This document shows, one piece after another, positions 23,163 through 35,891 of a stretch of DNA of 64,000 nt. The translations under genes and the position numbers were made by a program. Source of the stretch: Podarcis bocagei (taxonomy: Eukaryota); the NCBI GenBank assembly GCA_964188305.1, contig OZ076885.1; one strand, 5' to 3'. The notes under the pieces are model-generated. The model saw nothing but the letters and a program-made list of their open reading frames with translations. It made no database searches and had not been told where the DNA came from. Within the stretch, counting starts at the first letter, position 1. Each line of letters opens with the position of its first letter.

Positions 23163-24559
23163 CAACCCTTTCACTCACCAAACGCCTCTGATGTTCCAGC
23201 ACCAATTTATGCAGCCTGTAGTTCTTTTGGCCATTTGCCGTTTTCTGTGTTTGTTTGTGTTCTATCACCAACCAGGATAATTAACCCTCGGGAGATCAAA
23301 CAATACTTGAGTGAGACTCTCCTGCTGCAGAATGAATCTGAGGGAGCTGGCCTGCTTTTATAAGAGGATTCTTGGGGTGTTGTGAACCTCTTGGATTTCC
23401 ATGTCTTCCCCCATTCCACCCCCCACCTTCAGTGGGTCTCTAGCTTCTGTGCTGTGGGCCTGGAGATCCATTTCCTAATGGAGGAATCCTGTGAACACTC
23501 TTCAAAAGTCAGTAGGGTCCAACCCTTTGCAGAATCTTTGGACTGGGCTTTTAGGGTTGTATTCTGGATACAAAATGGATTTTTCTGTTGCAGCTTGCAA
23601 GCAGCCACTTCCTTTTTTCTCTCCCTTGGCATTTTGCAGGCAAGTCCTGGCAAGATTTGAGTTTAGGGTGGAATCTGGGCCAGGAACGGTAGAGTGCAAA
23701 GGCATGCAAGTAGGCCAGAGAGAAGAGAAGCATAGGAGGCAACAGGCAAGTAATAGCAAAGGTCCTATGTAGACATTGTCAGTTAAGCACACACAGAGAG
23801 AGGATAATCTCTGGCTTCTGCCCCTTCTGCTGTAGGATGTAACTTTCCAGGCTGTTGCTGCAGACCATACATGATTATTTGGACCTGTGTGCTGTGTACA
23901 GATGCCAAAGGCACAAATTTTTTTGCCTTAAGGGAGGAATGACTTGCATGTTGAAATTAGCAGTTGGTCGCCAAACATGGAGACATCTGGTCTTCCAGAT
24001 GTTGAACTACAGGTCACATCATTCATGACTGCTTTCCATGCTTGCTGGGGCTAGAGAGACCCCAGACATCTAGAACACCACAAGTTCCCTACCCCAGGTA
24101 CAATGACATGCTCTTCAAAGATGCTGCCTTCTCAGTTGTTTATTTGGGATCTATCAAGGAGTGGTAGTTGGAGAAGGATCTTCTAGATCCACTCCTTCTG
24201 GAAGATGGCCTTAATAGAATGCGGGTGACCATATTAATCCCTGGTGTGCATCGTTTTTTAGCTGAGCCAGGGAGAGGTTGATGGGGTGGCAGGTCAGTTG
24301 GCAAAAGAGCACATTACTTCAGTGTCACGTATAAGAAGAGGGAGCTTCAGATAAGTGTAGAGTCCTGCCCTAGAGCAGTGGTGTGGTGTAAAGCAGGGTC
24401 TCCAGTTGTTTTTGGACTACAACTCCCATCATGCCTAGCTAGCAGGACCAGTGGTCAGCGATGATGGGAATTGTAGTCTGAAAAACAGCTGGGGACCCAA
24501 GTTTGGGAAGGTAACTATACCACCTTAAGTGCCTCTGATTCAGCCCCCTTGGGCTGTTT

Positions 24560-24935
24560 GGGGATCTGGCAGAGTTGGAGAAGGTTTGGAAAAGGGCAAA
24601 CGAAGTCATCCAGAGGATGGAGAGAGACTCCCCTATGGAGGAAGGTTGCAGCGTTTGGGACATCATGGTTTATAGAAAATGTGAGTAAAAGCTGACATGA
24701 TAGAAGTTCCTAAAATGATACATGGCACGGAGAAAGTGAATAGAGAAAGGTTTTTCTCCCTCAAACACCAGAAAAGGGGACATCCCGTGAAGCTGAATGT
24801 TGGAAGATTCGGGGCAGATAAATTCCTTCATGCAGTACATATTTAAAGCTATGAAACTCACTATCAAAGGAAACAGTCATGGCCACCATCCCAGATGCCT
24901 TTAAAAGAGGATTGGATGACTTCGTGGAGGAGGGG
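24560..24935 (+). mobile_element. CR1 LINE 3' fragment
   Basis: degenerate ORF2 end (gagttggagaaggtt...cctatggaggaaggttg...gcctttaaaagaggattgga). Confidence 0.6.
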
Positions 24936-26192
24936 GACTACATTTCTACATTTTCTTTAAAAGGAATTCTCAAAAAAAATCAGCATTTTCATGAGAATTT
25001 CTATTAATAAGCAAAATTGCATGTATATAACAACAGTTTTTGCAATGCAATTTTCCCTAACATAATGGATTTGTTATATTATTTTCACTAATATATATAT
25101 GCATTTTATAGACACTTTTCTGCAGTGTGTGTATACACATTACTTGACTGGAGAACTGCATTGCAAAATCGGAGAAGTGTGGGTTTTTTGAAGGACACTA
25201 CAGTTTACATCTTGCTCTGGAAAGTGAGGATTAGGTAACTTCCCTTTAAGTGCAAAGTGGGTGGTATCCTTGCCCCCCCCCCCCAATCCCCATTCTGGGA
25301 TTGCCTGGGCAATGCATAGTGGTTGAAACTTATTCAAGTAGCAAAATGTTTTGAGCTGGCCTTGACCTGGGCACAGCACAATTAGGTGCATATTTTATGG
25401 ACAACAATCTCTTCTAGCTCCTATTGGCGATTCTGCCTTCAGTTACAGACTTCCTTGTAGCTGGGGGCTGAAGCTGCAGGTGGACCTCAGGGTGGGCTCC
25501 TGAGGACATCAATCTACAGAAGCAACCTTTCCATTGCTATGTTGCAGGGGCAGCCAATGAGGTGCTCTCCAGATGTTGCTGAAATAGAACTCCCATCATC
25601 CCCACCCATTGGCCATGGGGACGATGGGTTTGGAATCCATCGACATCTGGAGATCATAGCATTCACTGCACATGATATATTTAGTAAAACAGTATGGAAT
25701 TTGCAAACATACCCACTCGGTAAGTTTTGAGGAACTGACTCAGCAGTTAGGATGGGATGAAGTGTTCCCCAGCTCAAGTTGTAGATATTGCGTTTGCGCA
25801 TGCATATGGATATGATAGCATCTGAGCGCTCGTTTAACTTGTGCAGTTGAAGTCCAGCGGTCTGAAATTGCACCAATTAAAATGCGCACAAGGCAGAGAG
25901 CTTAAGAGCTCTCTTTTTTTGCTCTGGGTTTTCCCAGTGTGGGAAGAGTTTTTAAGCACTCTTGCCTCGCTTACCTGGCAAGGCCCACTCAGAACACCGG
26001 CTCTGGAAGCCTGGATCTCATGGGAATTTGGAGGGCTCTGCGAAATCTCCCAAGTGCATCCCAGAGCCCATGCACTGAGCGGGCCTTGTTTGGGGGTCCA
26101 GGACCACTTGTGCACCAGCTGCAGAAAGACAAGGATGCTCGCGGTTCTAGTGTATGCATTTTTGCATATACATGGAACGCTTGGAACGGAAC

Positions 26193-26194
<2 letters not shown>

Positions 26195-26242
<48 letters not shown>
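26195..26242. repeat. (GT)n microsatellite
   Basis: direct reading. Confidence 0.95.
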
Positions 26243-26244
<2 letters not shown>

Positions 26245-26478
26245 CAAGATTACAAATGATGATGCTCAGTTCCCCACAAAACCATCCCCATTAAGCTTTT
26301 AGGAGGCTCCACTTTACAACCGATTATACTGCTCTTCATTTATTATGGATTAGTGCTGATGGAGGAAAATGAGTCCCAGCAGAGCGGGTAGCGGGAATTG
26401 AAGAGGACCTCTGAAGAGGGCAGAGCATTTTCAAGCTGAAGGGCAAACAGAATAGGCTACCTTAGCCTTCCAGTGTTG

Positions 26479-26830
26479 TAAGGTAAAGGGACCCCTGATC
26501 ATTAGGTCCAGTTGTGGCCGATTCTTGGGTTGCGGCGCTCATCTCGCTTTATTGGCCGAGGGAGCTGGCATACAGCTTCCGGGTCATGTGGCCAGCATGA
26601 CTAAGCCGCTTCTGGCGAATCAGAGCAGCACAAGGAAACACCCTTTACCTTCCCGCTGGAGTGGTACCTATTTATCTACTTGCACTTTGACGTGCTTTCA
26701 AACTGCTAGGTTGGCAGGAGCAGGGACCGAGCAACAGGAGCTCACCCCGTCGTGGGGAATCAAACTGCTGACCTTCTGATCAGCAAGTCCTAGGCTCTGT
26801 GGTTTAACCCATCCCTTTTTTCCGCATCCC
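26479..26830 (-). mobile_element. Sauria SINE
   Basis: reverse complement of the Sauria SINE body with (AAAGGT) tail; TSD ttccagtgttg on both sides. Confidence 0.88.
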
Positions 26831-28404
26831 TTTTTTCCAGTGTTGAGTCCACATCCAGTTACTATGGTGGGCTGTTCCTTTTTTGAATGGCAACCCCTGA
26901 GGAAATGTTCAAAGTGGGATCACATCCATCATGATTGGGTATATTTTGCCAAATTAGTTCAGGGTGTCTTCCTTTCCTCCTTTGAGGACTGCATTTAGAA
27001 TCCAACATCCACCTGTTGGCCTTCTATAACTATGCCTGCACAATCTAACATGTCTTCTGGCCTCTCGGAGTGTCGGGGGAAAATATCGCCGTACTCCAGG
27101 GCCTTAGATATCAATCTACAAACAATGCAAGAGTCTGGACTTACTTTTCCGGGCATCCAGGAAATTCAGCCGGTTACTCTGAATTATTTCTAAGCGTAAC
27201 AAAAACAAAAAACGAATCCTTTTATCACAATCAGCTCTACTAGACATTAAACAGCCTTTTTATTTTCCCTCAGTCCAAAGCTAGGTTGAGAAAGGAAAAC
27301 CCCTTATTTTGTTTTGGTGAATATGAAAAAAGAGGGGTGTGGGAAGAATAGCTAAATAAAAATAGCCGACAAGACTTCAGGGATTCAGCAACAATTCGGC
27401 TCAAGGCGCTGGGGGGGGGGGGATGTTGTTCCAGCCACGAAGAATGTTAGGCCAAGTTAACAATGGACACAGTTTACATCGAACTGTATGATCTGCTGCC
27501 AAGATCATCCCTTGGAAAGGAACTGGGAAGGCAACTCTGCAGAGTGTGGCCGTGGAGATACCCCACAGCATATCCTGCTCCCTGTCTAAGTCTGCCTTTG
27601 GAACGGAGTGTGAAATATTTCACTTACAATAGCTTTAATATCTAAAAGAAACCTAGAGCGGAGGGGGAGGCCCACCCTTCCAGCAGGTTGCTTAACCCAC
27701 ATAGAAAGCAGATGGATTTTGTGCTGGGTATACAAGAAAAGGGTTCTGCGTAACACAAAGCACGCCCCCATACCTAGCCTCGCTGGAGTGGGCCTATATA
27801 ACCCGTATAATTTTTTTCCTAAAGTGACTTCATTGTGGCGCTTCCATGCCACTAGTGGCATAGCGTGGTTTGCTGGTGCCCGGGCAGGTGCACACACCAG
27901 GGGAGTGGGGTGTGGAGGGTGAACGGAGCCTGCCGCACGAGCCCTGCCCTTGCCGCCAACGCCCCCAGAGCGGCGCCATGCCCCAGCTTCTCTGCAAGGC
28001 TGGGAATTGGCTCGGGCCTGGCAGGGCAGTGTGAGAAGGACACAACAGACATGTGCCCTTCGATCCCAACCTCGCCAAACAAGGCTGGCAGGGTGGCATC
28101 AGCCCACCACCACCAAAAAATGCACCCAGGACCATTGCCCCAGCAGAACGTCCTCCCGAACTCTCTGTTATATCATCACACAAATGCAATAGAGGGCCTA
28201 GGAAGGGAGAGAGGAGGCAGAACGAAAACCTGCCACTTACAGAATGGGGGATACTTCCTCATGCAACATTGTTGAACTGTGGAACTTGCTCACCCCGGGA
28301 GGTAGTGATGGCCCCCTACTTGGATGCCTTTAAAAGAGGATTGGAAGGTTTCATGGAGGAGAAGTGTAGAGGGTGGGTATGCTCTGCCTCCACTGTCAGA
28401 GTCC

Positions 28405-28690
28405 GGTGTGGTGTAGTGGTTAAGAGTGTCAGACTCGTAATCTGGGGAACCGGGTTCGCTTCCCCGCTCCTCCACATGCAGCTGCTGGGTGACCTTTGGC
28501 CAGTCACACTTCTCTGAAGTCTCTCAGCCCCACTCACCTCACAGAGTGTTTGTTGTGGGGGAGGAAGGGGAAGGAGAATGGTAGCCGCTTTGAGACTCCT
28601 TTGGGTAGTGATAAAGCGGCATATCAAATCCAAACTCCTCCTCCTCCTCCTCCTCCTCTTCTTCTTCTTCTTCTTCTCCTCCTCCTCCTC
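28405..28690 (+). mobile_element. tRNA-derived SINE (Squam2-like) with (CTC/CTT)n tail, inside CR1 remnants
   Basis: A box TGGTGTAGTGG, B-box-like GGTTCGCTTCC, ctgggtgacct core, microsatellite tail. Confidence 0.7.
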
Positions 28691-29049
28691 AATGCCAGGT
28701 TCTGGATGTCACAGGCAGTGAGAGGGCTCTTCTGCTCAGACTCTGCCTGAGGGTTTCCCACAGGCGTCTGGTCGGCCACTGTGAGAACAAGATGAGCCAT
28801 TTGCCTGACCCAGCAGATTCTTCTTACGTTTTCATGTTCTTACAAACTTTCTGGCGGGGAGTTGCGATGGTCCGAGACCCATTGCTTGCTTAATTCTCAA
28901 AGTGACACCAACCAAGATAACCGGTTGCTTTTTAAGGTTATATAGATCCAGACAAATTTCATAGAGCTCAGAAAAACACAAGCTGGTTTGCAACGAAGTT
29001 TTGCCCTGTTCAATTTCACTCCTAGGGGAGGAAGGGTGCTGAATAAGAA

Positions 29050-29360
29050 GGTTATTATTTATATGCCACCCATCTGACCAGATTGCCCCAGCCACTCTGG
29101 GCAGCTCCCAGCAGAATATTAAAAACACAATAAAACACCGAACATTAAAAAAAAAAAACCCTTCCCTATATAGGGCTTCAGATGTCTTCTAAAAGTCATA
29201 TAGCTGTTTGTTTCCTTGACATCTGGTGGGAGGGCATTTCACAGGGAGAGTGGCACTTCTTAGAAGGCCCTCTACCTGGTTCCTGTAGCTTCACGTTTTG
29301 CAATGAAGGAACCGCCAGAAGACCCTTGGAGGTGGACCTCAGTGTCCAGGCTGAACGATA
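29050..29360 (-). mobile_element. L2-like LINE 3' fragment
   Basis: homologous to 42195-42505 (cttcagatgtcttctaaaa...gggagggcatttcacagg...gaaggccctc). Confidence 0.65.
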
Positions 29361-30133
29361 GGACACTGGTATGGTTGTTTTCTTTAAAGGTCTACATGAG
29401 CTAAAGGGTGGATAGGAACTGATGGATCAGCACACAATTCTTTCAAATACTTTTTTTAAAAAATGCATCAGCCATTGGCCTTAGTGGGGACATGTTGATC
29501 ATTGTGGGTAACTGGACCTAGATCTGAAATGACTCTCCCCTGGCAAAATGGCAGCCTCTTCTTCCCTTTATCCCATAGGAGGCAAATGCACCAAGCCTGA
29601 CCCAAGCCTAGTTATCACAATGAAAAACCATGCATTTCTTTCATTCCACTCCAGTAACACATCTGGAGCACTTTCAACTCTTTGATGTGTTTGTGTGCTT
29701 TTAAGTACTTGAAGGAATATGGGCATCCTCTGTGTCATTGAGAGCCAAGATCGGGGGCATACCTTGGAAGGACACACATTCCTACAAATAATGGATTTCT
29801 TCCAAAGATACCCAGGATCACAAGAAGCATTGTTTCAATAGTACTTCAATGTGCCTTTGACAGTTGCCCCTACAAGAAGAGGCAAAGAGGAATGGGTGAA
29901 AATTAGGATTCAGTTTCCATTTAAAGGTGAACCAACCTAATTCACTTTCTCTGAAAGCAAATTTCTGAATATTCGCTTTCTGAATGTGATTTCGCTTTCT
30001 GAAATTCGGAGAACAGAATTGAAGATTGGAAACGTCAGAAACGGAGAGCAGTCAAAATTGACAGCTCCTTCCCTCATTGATGCAGCATGATTTTGTGTGG
30101 GTGTTTTGCGGTGAAGGGATATCAACAGGCTAA

Positions 30134-30478
30134 GGGACACGGGTGGCGCTGTGGGTTAAACCACAGAGCCTAGGACTTGCCAATCAGAAGGTCGGCGGTT
30201 CGAATCCCCACGACAGGGTGAGCTTCTGTTGCTCGGTCCCTGCTCCTGCCAACCTAGCAGTTTGAAAGCATGAAGTGCAAGTAGATAAATAGGTACCGCT
30301 CCAGCGGGAAGGTAAACGGCATTTCCGTGCACTGCTCTGGTTCGCCAGAAGTGGCTTAGTCATGCTGGCCACATGATCCGGAAACTGTACGCCAGTTCCC
30401 TCGGCCAATAAAGCGAGATGAGCACCGCAACCCCAGAATGGGCATGACTGGACCTAATGGTCAGTGGTCCCTCTACCT
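30134..30478 (+). mobile_element. Sauria SINE
   Basis: full-length body; TSD atatcaacagg on both sides. Confidence 0.9.
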
Positions 30479-31559
30479 AATATCAACAGGTGGCCTCCTT
30501 CATATATAGAAATTGTCTCAGTGTGTCTTCTGCTGACATGGAATATTTCTGAGCTACTGGGAGAAAGTTTAATTAAAACAAACCAGCCTTTAGCTCTTGA
30601 GGCATTTTTGCTTTTTCTCACCAAACACTGGGAAGGCGCCTTTTCAGACTTTTCTAGCTCCCTCCCAGAACCAAGTGGGAAGGGAAGGCGAGAAGAATCT
30701 AAGCAGCTGGAACTCCTGTTCCAAGAATTTTCCTCTTTCTTTGCACAAAATTGGATTGGCAAAAAGAAATACAAGAAAGAATATATAACAGGGCTATTTC
30801 CCCACCCCCACCCCTTTAAAAAGAAGAGAGAAATAGCAAGCCCTTTCTCTCTGCTTGAAACCCTGCTACATACCCGAATACCACTCGCAAGAGTGAATGC
30901 TGGCTATAATAAACGAGATAAGATCTCTTCATGGAGGCATGGCAGCAGGTAAGAGCTCAAGGGAATTGTGCACATCTATCAGGCAGACTGGTTAGCATTC
31001 CAGAAAAGAACAGCTCTGCCCCAGTGCTTCCTGGGCTAGACCAGACCAGGCACGCTTGCCCAGGGAGGAATGCCGTGTAGTGGCAGCTTGTGTGCTAGAG
31101 AAGAAGAATGAAGCTAAGCGAACAGGGAGGACGGTTATCTCATTTCAGCGGGATTACAAGAGGCAGGCTCCCATTGGGCCTCCTTTACCTTTTGGTGTGT
31201 GCTTGGTACGTCCACCATGTGCCAGCGGCTGACTCCTTTAATTAAGTTTCTCCTGGTATTTCATAAATTCCCCACAATCACCAGGAGGAAAGGGAGGATG
31301 GGGAGGAAACAGTTGCCCAGCTTTGGGAACAACGAGACATTCCAGGGAGAGAGGGATGAGGAAGGGTTGCAATGTTTGGGGCTTCTATGTTCAGAGGTGG
31401 GTAGGAGGAGACATGGCAGGAGTTTGTAAAATTATTCTTGGCATGGAGAAAGTGGCTAGAGGAAAGGTTTTTCTCCAGCTCTCATAACCCCAGATCTCAT
31501 GGACACGCAATGAAGCTGAATGCAGGAGCACTGTGGACAGATAAAATAAGAGCCCTTCT

Positions 31560-31950
31560 TCGTGTTGTGGTCTAAACCACTGAGCCTCTTGGGCTTGCTG
31601 ATCAGAAGGTTGTTGGTTCGAATCCCCGTGATGGAGTGAGCTCCCATTGTTCTGCCCCAGCTCCTGCCAACCTCAAAGTTCGAAATCACGCCAGTGCAAG
31701 TAGATAAATAGGTAGCACTGTGGCAGGAAGGTAAACGGCGTTTCCGCACGCTCTGGTTTCCATCATGGTGTTCTGTTCTGTTCTGTTCTGTTCTGTTCCA
31801 GAAGTGGTTTAGTACTGCTGGCCACATGACTCGGAAAGCTGTCTGTGCACAAACACTAGCTCCCTCAGCCTGAAAAGCGAGATAAGCGTCGCAACCCCAT
31901 AGTCTCCTTTGACTGGACTTAACCATCCAGGAGTCCTTTGCCTTTACTTT
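31560..31950 (+). mobile_element. Sauria SINE inserted into a CR1 3' fragment (CR1 spans ~31340-32240)
   Basis: SINE body with an internal (GTTCT)n expansion; CR1 sequence continues on both sides. Confidence 0.75.
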
Positions 31951-32523
31951 AGTTTAATGGCTGGTGGCAGTGATGGCTACCAACTTGGACATCTTTAAAA
32001 GAGAATTGGGGGGGGGGGACATGGAGGAGAAGGCTCTGTGACTATTAGCCATTATGGCTATGATCTGCCTCCATAGCTGGAGGAGATAATGCTTCTGAAT
32101 ATGAGTTTCTGGAAACCACAGCAGAGGAGAATGCCTTGCGCTCTGGCCCTGCTCGGGGGTTTCTGGTTGGCCACTGTGAGAACAGGATGCTGGACTACAT
32201 GGGCCATGGGCCTGATCCAGCAGACTCCTCTTACATTGTAAACACTTAGGCCTTTGGGCTTCCTTTAGAGGAGAAGGAGCATATTGATATCTATAATATC
32301 TGAAAACAGGCAATCAGGAGAAGAGAAGGTTTGCTTTGAGCTGCAGACCAAAGGCACCCAGGAATGATTCTGGAAGTAGCTTGCCAAGTGAGGTGGGTTC
32401 GCTGTGGCAGTTTCCCAGCAGGTGGGTTGCTGTTGCTTTCCATGAGGAGGGATGCATGGGGGGGGGGTAAAAGAACCAGCAGGAGCACCAGTTTGGCTCT
32501 ACCACTGCATTTGCAGATGCTTT

Positions 32524-32872
32524 TTGTTGTTTAGTTGCTTAGTCGTGTCCGACTCTTCGTGACCCCATGGGCCAGAGCACGCCAGGCACTCCTGTCTTCC
32601 ACTGCCTCCCGCAGTGTCGCCAAACTCATACTGGTAGCTTCAAGAACACTATCCAGCCATCTCGTCCTCTGTCGTCCCCTTCTCCTTGTGCCCTCCATCT
32701 TTCCCAGCATCAGGGTCTTTTCCAGGGAGTCCTCTCTTCTCATGAGGTGGCCAAAGTATTGGAGCCTCAGCTTCACGATCTGTCCTTCCAGTGAGCACTC
32801 AGGGCTGATTTCCTTAAGAATGGATAGGTTTGATCTTCTTGCAGTCCATGGGACTCTCAAGAGTCTCCTCCA
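32524..32872 (-). mobile_element. Bov-B (RTE clade) LINE 3' fragment
   Basis: ORF RVPWTARRSNLSILKEISPECSLEGQIVKLRLQYFGHLMRREDSLEKTLMLGK...HGVTKSRTRLSN; (CAA)n tail; TSD gcagatgcttt. Confidence 0.92.
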
Positions 32873-33671
32873 GCAGATGCTTTACAGCAGTCCTTTAAAG
32901 GGCGATTAGACAAATTCATGGAGAATAAGGCTGTCAGCAGCTGCTACTTTATATCCTACCTCCATGATCGGGCGCAGCCTGTCTCTGAAAACCACTGGCT
33001 GGGAAGCAGCAGCAAGAGAGGTCTATTGCACTAACATCTGGCTGCCCAAGATGTCAGACTTGAAAAGCCATTGGCCTGATTCAACAGGGCTCATGTTCTC
33101 CTCTGGCTCAATTCCAGCTTGTGTGCATTTATCAAGACGCACCCTCTGAAAATATCCCCTCTACTGGGGCTCCCATTTTTGAATACCAGCTTTAGCTCAT
33201 CGGGAAGGCCAGAGACCAACGGCTCTCATGACAGCCTTTGACTTAGATGGCTGCCGACAGCCTCTCTGCAGGCTGCTGTCATCACACATTCCATTCCTCT
33301 TCCCTCCTTGGATAGACTCTGCAGAAAGCATCCCGCAGGAGGATGAAACCTCGGCCTGAAACATACAAGCCTGTTCGTTCTGTTCCCTCCCTGGATGGCT
33401 GCCTGCTGATTGGCTGCTGCATTGGCCTTAGAATGGAAGCGGGATGGAGACGGGAAATGAACCGTGCAAGGAACAAAACGATGGGAGGGTACCTGAGGAA
33501 TGAATGCTTAATTTTGCAAAATGTCATAGTTGCCTCTGCCACTCCTCTTAGTCAGAAGGGAAGTCATGTTTCTGCATTGCAGCAAAAGCCCTGACCTGAG
33601 AGCAGAGCTGCCGCTGGGCATGAGGGGCCAGGCTCCAATGAAGGAGCCCGTGGGACTGTGTGCCTGGTCGC

Positions 33672-34161
33672 TGTTGTTGTTGTTGTTTAGTCGTTTAGTC
33701 GTGTCCGACTCTTCGTGACCCCATGAACCAGAGCACGCCAGGCACTCCTGTCATCCACTGCCTCCCACAGTTTGGTCAAACTCATGCTGGTAGCTTCGAG
33801 AACACTGTCCAACCATCTCGTCCTCTGTCGTCCCCTTCTCCTTGTGCCCTCCATCTTTCCCAACATCAGGGACTTTTCCAAGGAGTCTTCTCTTCTCATG
33901 AGGTGGCCAAATTATTGGAGCCTCAGCTTCAGGATCTGTCCTTCCAGTGAGCACTCGGGGCTGATTTCCTTAAGAATGGATAGGTTTGATCTTCTTGCAG
34001 TCCATGGGACTCTCAAGAGTCTCCTCCAGCACCACAATTCAAAAGCATCAATTCTTCGGAGATCAGCCTTCTTTATGGTCCAGCTCTCACTTCCATACAT
34101 CACTACTGGGAAAACCATAGCTTTAACTATACGGACCTTTGTTGGCAAGGTGATGTCTCTG
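33672..34161 (-). mobile_element. Bov-B (RTE clade) LINE 3' fragment
   Basis: RDITLPTKVRIVKAMVFPVVMYGSESWTIKKADLRRIDAFELWCWRRLLRVPW... with an in-frame stop; (CAA)n tail. Confidence 0.92.
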
Positions 34162-35599
34162 CCCCTCTCAAAAATGTGCCCAGGCCATTGCATGCCTGCT
34201 GGCACGTGTGTGTGACATCAGCACGCCACAGGGGGTGCCGACAGGGTGTGCTGATGTCAGACACCCTTGTACCCATGGTGTGCGTGGCCCTGGGCGGTCA
34301 CGGTCCCGGGGCCAGGCCAGCAGGCCTGGTACCCAAAAATGGATGTAGCACTAAACCAGATCCAGCCAAGGTTTCATTTGAACAGAACATCTTCAGCTGG
34401 TGCAAAAAAAGAAGACATGAGTGAAGAACGCAAGAACATAAGGCAGGAATGGGGAACCTTTGGCCCTCCAGATGTTTCTGGACTACAACTTCCTTCATCC
34501 CTGACCGCTGGTAATATTTGTTGGGGCAAATGGGATTTGTAGTCCGAAATATCTGAAGGGTCCCACATTGGTTCTCTGGCATTAGTGTAAAGGATTTGCT
34601 TAGAAGCTCATGGGAGTGGCAGTGTTTTTCAAAACTGGAGTGGCAGGGAGGCACCGCTTTGGGCAGCAAAATGTCTTCTGCCAGCACCAAAACTTTTGGG
34701 ATGGAAGAGTCGTGTGCAGTTAACTCTCTTTGCCTATTGCAATTCAGAAAACAAAATGTGCTTCAAGGGAAACCTCCGTTTGCATTTCCTACTATGGGGA
34801 AGGAGTCTCAGGAGCAGAGAGGGAGAGTTGCAGTAGAAAAGCGATGGGAGGGAAATGGGTTAAGCACACTCACCCCTGCTGTTTCGCTGCTGTAAATCCA
34901 CACACACCCTGGCTCCTTTTTCTCTTAAAAAGAGGCAGAGAGAGAGAGCAGCCATCTGGGATTTTAAAATGTTTGCATCTAATGTGCCAAGCCTATCAGA
35001 GGTTCAGGGGATGCTGAGCTAAGCAGATCAGCCCTGGCCTTGCGAGGACATCCTGTGCCCCACCTGTGTCCTCTGTTCCAGGGTCACTGAAGTGTTCAGC
35101 TCCTCTGTGAAGCCAGGCCTGCTCCCCAGCCTCCTGTGTATTCGTGCTGCCATGCCACCAGTCTCCTGCGTTGAGGTGCTGCTATGCTTACTGGTCTCCT
35201 GAGGGCTACGGCTTCCCTGCTGGGCAAATGAAGGCTTGTTTTCTTTCCTCTTCTGTAACAGAGTCTACCCTGGATAACCCCTAATGCGCCTAAATAAATA
35301 AGCAAAGGAGGTTGTGCCAGTTGCTCGCTTCAGCACGTTGCTGCGATCCAGTGCTCAGAATATGCGCCAACTTCCTGGATGTGTGTTCGGAACAGTGGGG
35401 GCCAAGGAGGCTGGACTTGCGGGTGGGGAATCCCGTTTGAGTTAGCAGGAGGGTGGTTGGAAGCAGGTGAATATTGGGATGTTTAGGGCCACCATCAGCG
35501 CCAGCAACTGTGCTCTCTCTCTTTCATTATTTATTTATTTATTTATTTAATTTTATTAGTATCTTCCACAAAACAGCAACAATGCGAAAAATAACAATA

Positions 35600-35842
35600 C
35601 AGTGGTACCTCTGGTTACGTACTTAATTCGTTTTGGAGGTCCGTTCTTAACCTGAAACTGTTCTTAACCTGAAGCACCACTTTAGCTAATGGGGGCCTCC
35701 TGCTGCCGCTGCGCCGCCGGAGCACGATTTCTGTTCTTATCCTGAAGCAAAGTTCTTAACCTGAAGCACTATTTCTGGGTTAGCGGAGTCTGTAACCTGA
35801 AGCGTATGTAACCTGAAGCATATGTAACTCGAGGTACCACTG
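35600..35842. mobile_element. Tc1/mariner-superfamily MITE
   Basis: TA|CAGTGGTACCTC...GAGGTACCACTG|TA; internal AACCTGAAGC repeats. Confidence 0.88.
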
Positions 35843-35891
35843 TAGACAAAACACAAAAACCAACATACAAAAAAACCAAATCCATATCTTA

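Noticed and set aside
35640-35830. CRISPR-like spaced repeats (AACCTGAAGC)
   Set aside because: Eukaryotic DNA; these are short, irregularly spaced subterminal repeats of a MITE.
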